Shown here: piece by piece, positions 36,954 through 43,528 of the stretch
Position numbering within the stretch: the stretch's first letter is position 1
Layout of the letters: every line of letters begins with the position of its first letter
Virus record (IMG/VR): IMGVR_UViG_3300013829_000002
Coordinates: 1 to 43,528 of that record
Reading direction: 5' to 3' (one strand)
From: a virus
Taxonomy: Duplodnaviria > Caudoviricetes
Length of the DNA: 43,528 nt
Notes under the pieces: generated by a model
Told to the model about the DNA's origin: nothing
What the model saw: only the letters and a program-made list of their open reading frames with translations
Databases searched by the model: none
Program-made: the position numbers and the translations under genes

Positions 36954-37593
36954 TCATCCTTTCTATGAATACTTCTTTGTATTGAACACCGAATTCCAGT
37001 GCATCCTGATGGTTTTCAAAGTACACATCAATTCGATTGTTTTTGATTGCTCTGCCCCTGTCCTGGACTATGTACTTAATGTCATCAATGATGACTTCCG
37101 TTCCAAAGGGCAATACATTTGTGTCTGCTGCTATGGTCACACCTTCAACTGCAAGGTCACCTGATGCTGTGTAAACAAGCAACTTTCCATCTTCACTTGT
37201 CGGTCTGTCTTTTGACCAGTCACCGCAGCACTTTTCACAATGACAATATGCTGTGATTCTGAATTCACCCAAACTGACCAGTTCTGTTGTTGGTTGTGGT
37301 TCAGCAGTTGGTTGTGGTTCAGAAGTTGGGATCTTTCTGTTGATGGGTGCTGATGTCACTATTGGTGTACTGGTTTCAATCACCGTTTCATCTGTGTCAG
37401 ATGCACCAACTGCCTTGATTGATATTCCCAACAGAAAACCAATTGTTGCACCTATCAGCAGGACAATGATCCAAGATATAAGAATCCTTCTAAACACAAT
37501 TTGATTTTTTCTTCTATTTGTCGCAGTCCTTGAATAATTCATCTGTGAAATCCTTTCTTTGGTTAAGGGTATCAAGGATGACTTCTTCAACAC
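36940..37593 (-). CDS. Membrane-anchored 3D-domain protein
   Basis: TM helix, P/T linker, FRITAYC..CCG, TASG, IAADTNVLPFGT, VQDRG, RIDVYF..ALEFG; start may be 37542. Confidence 0.85.
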   Translation of the reverse strand: MLKKSSLIPLTKERISQMNYSRTATNRRKNQIVFRRILISWIIVLLIGATIGFLLGISIKAVGASDTDETVIETSTPIVTSAPINRKIPTSEPQPTAEPQPTTELVSLGEFRITAYCHCEKCCGDWSKDRPTSEDGKLLVYTASGDLAVEGVTIAADTNVLPFGTEVIIDDIKYIVQDRGRAIKNNRIDVYFENHQDALEFGVQYKEVFIERMIEND

Positions 37594-38818
37594 TGTCTTT
37601 GCACATCATCAGGTAATAGAAGCAAGTGTTATTTTGACCTATTCTGTGAACCCTCTTTTTTGATTGTTCAAAAAGTTCACTTTTGTCAGTAAGTGTGAAG
37701 AACACAACCTTGTTTGCCTTTTGAAGATTCAGACCCATTGCACCTGCCTGATACTGCACCAGGGTGATTGAATCTTGTTCATTTTCATATGCAGTCAGGT
37801 CTTTGACATGACCATTCACCTGTGACACTGGTCTTTCAAGTTCCGCTGCTATCTGTTGAAGTGCATCCAGTTCTGCATTGAAGTTATAGAACACAATCAA
37901 TCTGTCTTTTGTACTGGATACCAAGTCCTTGAAGGCTTGAAGCTTGTCTTTGTTGTAGTGACCGCATAACATCCTGGAATACAACCGCTTTGTCAGGGTG
38001 CTGTCACCAACAAGTTCAATTCCTTCTATTGTAACAAGTCCTTTTTTCCTGAACTGTATGTACTCTTTTGTTTTCGGGGATGTTACTGGAATGAATATCT
38101 GTTCAGGAAGGTCAAAACATTCTTCTGTCTTTAAGAACACTGAACCATGATCACGCATCTTTTGCTTTAATCGGTCAACATTCTTATATGGTGTTTCTTT
38201 ATCAATAACATGGTGTATGAATCCATCTGATTCAACCTTGACCCAGTTCACATATTGCCTGTTGTAAAGTTCCTTGCTGATCAACCATCCAAGCAGGTTC
38301 ATCTGTGACCATAGATTTTCATACTTACCTGATGTTGGTGTTCCTGAAAGAAGAATCACATTGTCAGGTTTCATTTTAAGAACGAATTTTGACCGTTTCG
38401 CTGTGTCATTCTGTATTAGGGATGATTCATCAAGCATTATTGTGAAATGCTCTAATTGAAGCAATTCTGACCTTCTGAACACCAAATCATAGTTGATGAT
38501 GCCAACTGTCATGGTTGCACCATGGTAACCTGCCCATGCTGTATCATGTGAAATGAATTCATCTAACTGTTTCTTGTTTGTCAGGTCATAAACATCAACA
38601 TTTTGGTAATGGTCTTGAAAGTGCTGCTTCCAGTCATCAATCTTTGACTTCTGACAAACAAGAAGATTTGTGTCTGTTCCAAGCTGCATCATCTTTTCAG
38701 ATCCAACAAAGGTTTTTCCAAGACCCATGTCTAAGTAATAAGCAACCTTGTTGAATCCTTTAGTCTGTTTCAGTGCTTCCTTTTGGTGTTCGTATAGTTG
38801 CATTGGCATCACCTTCAA
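37514..38818 (-). CDS. SNF2-family helicase
   Basis: DMGLGKT, LDES, LSGTP, GAMGLNLQ, RVHRIGQ. Confidence 0.9.
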   Translation of the reverse strand: MKVMPMQLYEHQKEALKQTKGFNKVAYYLDMGLGKTFVGSEKMMQLGTDTNLLVCQKSKIDDWKQHFQDHYQNVDVYDLTNKKQLDEFISHDTAWAGYHGATMTVGIINYDLVFRRSELLQLEHFTIMLDESSLIQNDTAKRSKFVLKMKPDNVILLSGTPTSGKYENLWSQMNLLGWLISKELYNRQYVNWVKVESDGFIHHVIDKETPYKNVDRLKQKMRDHGSVFLKTEECFDLPEQIFIPVTSPKTKEYIQFRKKGLVTIEGIELVGDSTLTKRLYSRMLCGHYNKDKLQAFKDLVSSTKDRLIVFYNFNAELDALQQIAAELERPVSQVNGHVKDLTAYENEQDSITLVQYQAGAMGLNLQKANKVVFFTLTDKSELFEQSKKRVHRIGQNNTCFYYLMMCKDSVEEVILDTLNQRKDFTDELFKDCDK

Positions 38819-39222
38819 CTTCCGATATACTCATTCAGTTTCTTTGGTGAAATGTGATAAGAAAACTTGTCACCTGACAGCTTGACTGCAAAACCGAATG
38901 GTGCAATCCCTCTTTGAAGGGAAACCCTTATAAATTGCCTTGACTTACCAAGCATCTTTGCAGCTTGATCAACAGGCACATTCTTCAACCCCTTTGGGTC
39001 AATTGTCATGTCAGAACAATCTGTTGTTCCATTCAAGAAGGCAACTGAACAATCAAGTGCTTCTGCAATCTTGTTCAAGGCAATTTCTTTTGGTTCATTT
39101 TTGCCTGATATGTACTGACTGATGGATGACTTTCCAATCCCAGTTAGTGCTGAAAGTTCAGCCTGGTTCATGTTCCGTTCCAACATTGCTTTTTTCAACT
39201 GCTCTGAAAAACTCATTTTCAA
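38815..39222 (-). CDS. XRE-HTH protein with second C-terminal DNA-binding-like domain
   Basis: QAELSALTGIGKSSISQY; VDQAAKMLGKSRQFIRVSLQRG..PFG. Confidence 0.8.
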   Translation of the reverse strand: MKMSFSEQLKKAMLERNMNQAELSALTGIGKSSISQYISGKNEPKEIALNKIAEALDCSVAFLNGTTDCSDMTIDPKGLKNVPVDQAAKMLGKSRQFIRVSLQRGIAPFGFAVKLSGDKFSYHISPKKLNEYIGS

Positions 39223-39242
39223 CCATCCTTTCTTTAAGTTGG

Positions 39243-39485
39243 TTAAGCTTCCTTAACTTTTGGTGTAAAAAAATATATGGGGATTTCTTCTTTTGCAATT
39301 TGAAGCAGGTCACATGCCTTGTCAATTTCCTTCTGACTGAACTGCACTTTGTTGTTCAGCTTTTCAGACAGGGAAACGGTTGACATTGGCACTTCCGCAG
39401 CAAATGCAGCCTGTGTTCCAAACACTTCTTTGATTTTTCCCCTAAGTTTGGAATAGTCAAAAGTCACATCAATCATTCTGTTCAC
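39243..39485 (-). CDS. Cro-like HTH protein (DUF739-like)
   Basis: FDYSKLRGKIKEVFGTQAAFA..FSQKEI..IPIYFF. Confidence 0.85.
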   Translation of the reverse strand: MNRMIDVTFDYSKLRGKIKEVFGTQAAFAAEVPMSTVSLSEKLNNKVQFSQKEIDKACDLLQIAKEEIPIYFFTPKVKEA

Positions 39486-39499
39486 CTTCCTTTCATCAA

Positions 39500-39730
39500 T
39501 TATTCTTGTGCAGTTTCCACATTTGAAACCGCTTCATCCAGTTGGTCAATTGCTTCCTGCATAGCTTCACATGCTGCATCTGACATTTCATATTTTTCAG
39601 ATCCTTGAAGATTTTCAGGCATGTTATCCCTGTATTCTTCTTCATCATTCATGATGGATTCCAGGTCATCCCTTACCGAATTTATTTTTTCAATGATTTC
39701 ATCAAGCTGCTTTCTTCTTGCTTTATTCAT
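39500..39730 (-). CDS. Hypothetical helical protein
   Basis: MNKARRK..EEEYRDNMPENLQGSE; AAAGGGGG RBS. Confidence 0.75.
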   Translation of the reverse strand: MNKARRKQLDEIIEKINSVRDDLESIMNDEEEYRDNMPENLQGSEKYEMSDAACEAMQEAIDQLDEAVSNVETAQE

Positions 39731-39807
39731 TAAAAACACCCCCTTTCATATTTGTTCAACCAGGTTGTGCAGCATGGGGATTGTTCCACACCGTTTACTG
39801 GTCTGTA

Positions 39808-39824
39808 TTCACTTGTCAAAGAAC
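39808..39824 (-). promoter_or_regulatory. boxA-like antitermination element
   Basis: Minus strand GTTCTTTGACAAGTGAA resembles Firmicute rrn boxA; followed by a possible stem-loop. Confidence 0.5.
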
Positions 39825-39837
39825 AATGGTCAATCAG

Positions 39838-41037
39838 TTACACAACTTTGCATCTTGTAAGTTCGGTCTGATTGATGCCCCTGAATTCTTTGTGTTCCTT
39901 CACTGTTCCCTTGATTGACTTGATTTCATCTTCTTCAATGAAGGAACTGGTTTTCCAAGTGTAAACATTTCCTGTTGTATCAACAATCTTGTAAACCCTG
40001 GTGATTCCCCATTCAGTTTCCCAACTGGTAAGACATACAATTGAATGAACCTGAACAGTGATTCTGTCACCTATGTTTCCAATGTGCTGTGAATTCGCTT
40101 CGCTTGCTCTTTCCGCTGCTCTTTTGCGTTCTTGCTCTGCCTTTTCTGCTTGATATTCCAGTTCCCTGTTGTAGGTGGGGAACAAGGAAGCCAGGATTCC
40201 AAGGTTTCTGCCAGTCACATATTCCAAGCTGCAAACGGTTTTCAGGTTGTGCATATAATTGTTGTCTTTGTCCTGTGCCATAACCAAAGCAATTGCATCT
40301 GCAACCAGTTGAACTGTGTCAGCGGAATCAGCATTGAAACCAACAGATTCCATTTCCTTAATAAGCCTTTTCCTTACATCTTCAAATAGCATCCAACCAC
40401 CATAATTCACACAGTAATAATCAAATGACCTGTCAGAAGTGCTTCTTCCTGAATCCTGTGTTCTGACATAACCAAAGTGTTTGATTGTTTCTGCAACATA
40501 CCGCAGGATGGTTTCTGATTTGTAATATCTTTCACCCCTTCCACCCATAGGAACTTCACCTTGGATCAGTTCATCAAACAAGCTGATGTATTGGGCAACT
40601 GCTTCTGCACTTAAACCATTTGTGAAATCATTCAAGCAACTTTTGCCAACCTGTTTGAATTCACCTGATTCTTCATTCATAACAATGTAAGTGTCTTTCC
40701 TGTACCGCTTACTATTGCAGTGTTCACAAATTGCATCACTGGTGTAATATCTTTCAGGAACTTCAATGTCACCAATTCGGTTGATGATGTTTCCCTTTTC
40801 AGTGTGTTCAACAGAAGCAATGAACTTCCATCCATTAACAACAGCTTTTCCATCTGCTTCAACTATGATGAACCTTGCTGTGTACTCATTACCTCTTTCA
40901 TCTTTCAGTTCTTTGAATTCTTCACCAATCTGACAGTAAGAAAAATCACAACCATATTGCTTGCACTTATTAAAAATGCGGTTCAGCTTCTTTTCAAGCC
41001 TGTCCATGTTATCTTCAAAAATACTGTACTGTGCCAT
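39838..41037 (-). CDS. Hypothetical protein (399 aa), CxxC motif and possible C-terminal OB fold
   Basis: CEHC..R.RK..VGKSCL; HIGNIGDRI..KGTVKEHKEFRGINQTELTR; first gene after the leftward promoter. Confidence 0.75.
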   Translation of the reverse strand: MAQYSIFEDNMDRLEKKLNRIFNKCKQYGCDFSYCQIGEEFKELKDERGNEYTARFIIVEADGKAVVNGWKFIASVEHTEKGNIINRIGDIEVPERYYTSDAICEHCNSKRYRKDTYIVMNEESGEFKQVGKSCLNDFTNGLSAEAVAQYISLFDELIQGEVPMGGRGERYYKSETILRYVAETIKHFGYVRTQDSGRSTSDRSFDYYCVNYGGWMLFEDVRKRLIKEMESVGFNADSADTVQLVADAIALVMAQDKDNNYMHNLKTVCSLEYVTGRNLGILASLFPTYNRELEYQAEKAEQERKRAAERASEANSQHIGNIGDRITVQVHSIVCLTSWETEWGITRVYKIVDTTGNVYTWKTSSFIEEDEIKSIKGTVKEHKEFRGINQTELTRCKVV

Positions 41038-41075
41038 TTTTCCACCAGTCCTTTCAATGTTTGGGTGATGTTCAA

Positions 41076-41091
41076 GTTAAGTTTGCTTAAC
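41076..41091. promoter_or_regulatory. Operator palindrome GTTAAG-N4-CTTAAC
   Basis: Perfect copies at 41076-41091 and 39242-39257; degenerate at 41103-41118, 41170-41185, 27103-27118. Confidence 0.7.
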
Positions 41092-41101
41092 CGTCAAGGA
41101 C

Positions 41102-41130
41102 AGTATAGCATCCTTAACTTTTGCTGTCAA
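41102..41130 (-). promoter_or_regulatory. Leftward (lytic) promoter
   Basis: TTGACA (41125-41130), 17 nt, TATACT (41102-41107) with TG extension. Confidence 0.8.
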
Positions 41131-41169
41131 TAGGTTTTTTCATTTTTCTTTAGCTTTTTTCTGTTTTCC

Positions 41170-41198
41170 TTGAAATTTCCTTAACTATGGTGTATAAT
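41170..41198 (+). promoter_or_regulatory. Rightward (lysogenic) promoter
   Basis: TTGAAA (41170-41175), 17 nt, TATAAT (41193-41198). Confidence 0.75.
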
Positions 41199-41241
41199 AA
41201 TGCGTACAATCCCATATAATAAAGATAAGGTGGTGAATAGA

Positions 41242-41637
41242 ATGGGAGAATCCTTCAAAAATAGGCTTAACCAAGCATTAGAAATAAGAGGAATGAAACC
41301 AGTTGAATTGTCAAATAGGACTGGTTTATCAAAGGCAAGAATCAGCCAATACACAAATGGAGTTTATGAAGCTAAACAAAAAGCACTTTATCTGATTGCC
41401 AGGGCATTGAATGTGTCAGAAGCCTGGTTGATGGGGTATGATGTTCAAATGGATCGGTTGATGTATGAAAAGAATGCAGCGGAAGTGGAACTTCTTGAAT
41501 GCATCCAGGTGACCTTTGGGAAGCAAGCTGTTGAATTACTTGAACACTTTGTTGAACTTAATGAAACAGGTAAAGAAAAAGCCATTGACACATTGATTGA
41601 CCTTTGCATGATTGAAAAGTACACAGAAAAACTTTGA
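41242..41637 (+). CDS. CI-like repressor (XRE HTH)
   Basis: RLNQAL..ELSNRTGLSKARISQY..LNVSEAWLMG; divergent from early operon; start MGESF after AAGGTGGTG (track start 41200). Confidence 0.85.
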   Translation: MGESFKNRLNQALEIRGMKPVELSNRTGLSKARISQYTNGVYEAKQKALYLIARALNVSEAWLMGYDVQMDRLMYEKNAAEVELLECIQVTFGKQAVELLEHFVELNETGKEKAIDTLIDLCMIEKYTEKL

Positions 41638-41774
41638 TGTGTTACACATGTTACAGATGTTACGGTTACTTTGTATTTCTTATATTTTAAGGTTTTCAAA
41701 ATCATCAAAATTTATAGTTTTCTCTAAAAATTAAGTAATAAGAAAAGATGTGTAACACTGTAACATGTGTAACA
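41638..41774. other. Putative replication origin copy B, inverted homolog of 26869-27006
   Basis: TGTTAC x3, AT-rich core, GTAACA x3; reverse complement aligns with copy A. Confidence 0.65.
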
Positions 41775-41809
41775 TATCAAAAAATTAAAAAATGAAAGGC
41801 GGTACTATT

Positions 41810-42352
41810 ATGGAATACTTTGTTGGGGCATTGTTGGTGTTATTCATCATCTTTTGTGTGGTGATGGTTGTTGCATCATCCAAAGCCAAGAAGAAGGTCA
41901 AGAAGGAATTGAAGTCAAAGGGGGCAACATTATATATTGCCTTACCGCACACCGCAGGATTACCTGTTGCAGAACACACGCTTTGTCAGTTGTATTCATA
42001 CCCTGATAAAATTGAAATCAATTCCAAGGGTACACAGTTCAATCTGATGAAGAACAAAATCACTGACATTTCCATGACAAGTGACATGGACATTCAAAAG
42101 CAGTATGTTTCCAGTGCAGCAGGTGCTGTTGGTGGTGCAATGCTGTTTGGTGCTGTGGGTGCTTTGATTGGTGGAAGGGTCAAGGAAAAGAAAATCAAAG
42201 AAGTGCATCATTATCTTATTTTCACATATGAAAAGGAAGGATCTGTTGATTACATTGCTTTTGATGCAACCGCATCCTTCATACCTGCAAAGAAGTTCAT
42301 TGATGAATTCAGAAGCTTGTCCAATGGTTCAACCAAGAAAATTGACCTGTAA
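41810..42352 (+). CDS. Membrane-anchored protein of the lysogeny module
   Basis: N-terminal TM helix; GAVGGAMLFGAVGALIGG glycine-zipper; start MEYF (track start 41792). Confidence 0.75.
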   Translation: MEYFVGALLVLFIIFCVVMVVASSKAKKKVKKELKSKGATLYIALPHTAGLPVAEHTLCQLYSYPDKIEINSKGTQFNLMKNKITDISMTSDMDIQKQYVSSAAGAVGGAMLFGAVGALIGGRVKEKKIKEVHHYLIFTYEKEGSVDYIAFDATASFIPAKKFIDEFRSLSNGSTKKIDL

Positions 42353-42375
42353 CATTCAGCCAAACATGGAAGGGG

Positions 42376-43401
42376 GTGAACATCATCAAGAATCCAAACG
42401 GTTATGGAACTGTTGCCAGGCTTTCAGGTAATCGCAGGAAGCCATTTGTTATCCGTAAAACAATAGGATGGAATGACAAAGGTCATCCAATCTATGAAAC
42501 AATAGGGTATTGTGAAACAAGGGAAGAAGGTCTGATGATTCTTGCTGAATACAACCGTAACCCTTATGACATTGATGCTGCCAAGATAACCATGAAGGAA
42601 CTGTTTGAAAAGTGGTCTGAAAAGAAGATGCCCAAATTGTCAACTTCATCCCAGGGTTCATTGAAGTCAGCTTTCAAGCACTGTGCAAAGATTGAAAAGA
42701 TGAAGTACAAGGAAATCAGATCTTTCCACATGCAGGACTGCATTGATAATTGTGGATGTGGGTATTCAACCCAGTGGGCAATCAAGAACCTGTTTGGTCA
42801 CCTGGACAAGTATGCACTGGAACTGGATGTCATCAATAAGTCATATTCACAGTTGATTACTGCTGAACCGATACCTGAAACCAAGAAGCAGCCATTCACA
42901 GATGAAGAAGTCACAAAGGTGTGGGTGATCCAAGACCAGGAGTGGGTTGATTCGGTTCTGTTTCTTCTTTACACTGGATTCAGAATCAGTGAAATGCTAA
43001 CTGTTGAATCAAACAATGTTGACATGGATGCAAGGACAATCAAAGGCGGTATTAAGACAAGAGCAGGAAAAGACCGCATTGTTCCCATTCATTCCAAGAT
43101 AGTTCAAATTGTTCAAAGAAGAAAAGACCAAGGAAACAAGCATCTGTTCAGCTATGAAGGCAAGCGAATTTCCAATAGTCAGTATTACATTCTTTGGAAT
43201 GCTATCATGGAACAGTTAGGAATTGATAAAACACCCCATGAATGCAGACACACATTCAGGTCAAGGCTTGATTCCGCAGGTGCAAACAAGGTGTGTATTG
43301 ACCTGATGATGGGGCATAAGTCAAAGGAAGTGGGTGAACGAATTTACACCCATAAGACAATTCAAGAATTGAAAGATGCAATTGAACTAATAACAGGTTA
43401 G
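42376..43401 (+). CDS. int: Tyrosine integrase
   Basis: N-terminal NGYGTV arm-binding region; YTGFRISE, KT, HECRHTF, MGH, YTH catalytic motifs. Confidence 0.95.
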   Translation: MNIIKNPNGYGTVARLSGNRRKPFVIRKTIGWNDKGHPIYETIGYCETREEGLMILAEYNRNPYDIDAAKITMKELFEKWSEKKMPKLSTSSQGSLKSAFKHCAKIEKMKYKEIRSFHMQDCIDNCGCGYSTQWAIKNLFGHLDKYALELDVINKSYSQLITAEPIPETKKQPFTDEEVTKVWVIQDQEWVDSVLFLLYTGFRISEMLTVESNNVDMDARTIKGGIKTRAGKDRIVPIHSKIVQIVQRRKDQGNKHLFSYEGKRISNSQYYILWNAIMEQLGIDKTPHECRHTFRSRLDSAGANKVCIDLMMGHKSKEVGERIYTHKTIQELKDAIELITG

Positions 43402-43406
43402 TAACA
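43388..43406 (+). repeat. Tandem TAATAACA/TAGTAACA pair, putative integrase arm-type sites
   Basis: 11-bp period as at 149-167; overlaps the int stop codon. Confidence 0.6.
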
Positions 43407-43409
43407 AAA

Positions 43410-43448
43410 ATAACCCCGAACCGCTAAATATAAGCAGTTCGGGGTTAT
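43410..43448. terminator. Hairpin after integrase
   Basis: ATAACCCCGAAC / GTTCGGGGTTAT 12-bp stem. Confidence 0.7.
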
Positions 43449-43456
43449 GTGTGGAT

Positions 43457-43465
43457 ATTATATCA
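43457..43465 (+). repeat. Candidate att core, right copy (ATTATATCA)
   Basis: Matches 47-55. Confidence 0.55.
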
Positions 43466-43528
43466 CAAATAACTTGAATAAACACAAAAAAACCCGTGTT
43501 TAGAGAGTAGCACCATAAAGTTTCGAAG

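Larger units (their letters stand above)
47..43465. mobile_element. Temperate prophage, contractile-tailed (myovirus-like), apparently complete
   Basis: Full module set from endolysin to tyrosine integrase; 9-bp direct repeat ATTATATCA at 47-55 and 43457-43465 brackets all phage genes. Confidence 0.93.

Noticed and set aside
215-41133. Numerous plus-strand and nested short ORFs in the track (e.g. 3771-4217, 5421-5858, 11423-11890, 34402-34920)
   Set aside because: Antisense or alternate-frame shadows of well-supported genes, without RBS or recognisable motifs
41200-41241. Leaderless start of the repressor at 41200
   Set aside because: The ATG is only 1 nt after the -10 box, upstream of any plausible TSS; an RBS precedes ATG 41242
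6567-43401. Second VR target elsewhere in the phage
   Set aside because: No other gene end resembles TR by eye; an adenine-tolerant search would be needed to exclude it
1-43528. tRNA, rRNA or IS elements
   Set aside because: No cloverleaf, rRNA-like or transposase sequence recognised; not confirmed by a scan

Overview
The window is an apparently complete temperate prophage of about 43.4 kb. It has a contractile tail (PBSX/Xkd-like sheath, tube and baseplate) and is probably from a Clostridia-type Firmicute. Almost all genes are on the minus strand. From right to left the order is: integrase, membrane protein and repressor (+ strand); early/replication genes (SNF2 helicase, VRR-NUC, PD-(D/E)XK-AAA fusion, SSB, family-B-like polymerase, P4/D5-type primase-helicase, radical SAM, nucleotide hydrolases); late activator; terminases; portal; MuF; capsid; neck; tail; tail fibre; lysis. 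The clearest signal is a compact diversity-generating retroelement (DGR). It comprises an RT (3087-4169), a non-coding template repeat (4347-4462) and a variable repeat (4556-4671) at the 3' end of the tail-fibre gene. All 27 TR/VR mismatches fall on TR adenines, 20 of them are A->G, and no avd gene is visible. Other notable items: (1) paired TAGTAACA repeats at both prophage ends are also copied on both sides of terL; (2) two inverted copies of an iteron-flanked origin-like element lie 14.6 kb apart; (3) the candidate att core is itself an extended -10 box, completed by a phage-supplied -35; (4) the MuF protein carries an HExxH extension followed by an immunity-like ORF. All calls come from reading the sequence and recognising motifs; no database searches were run.
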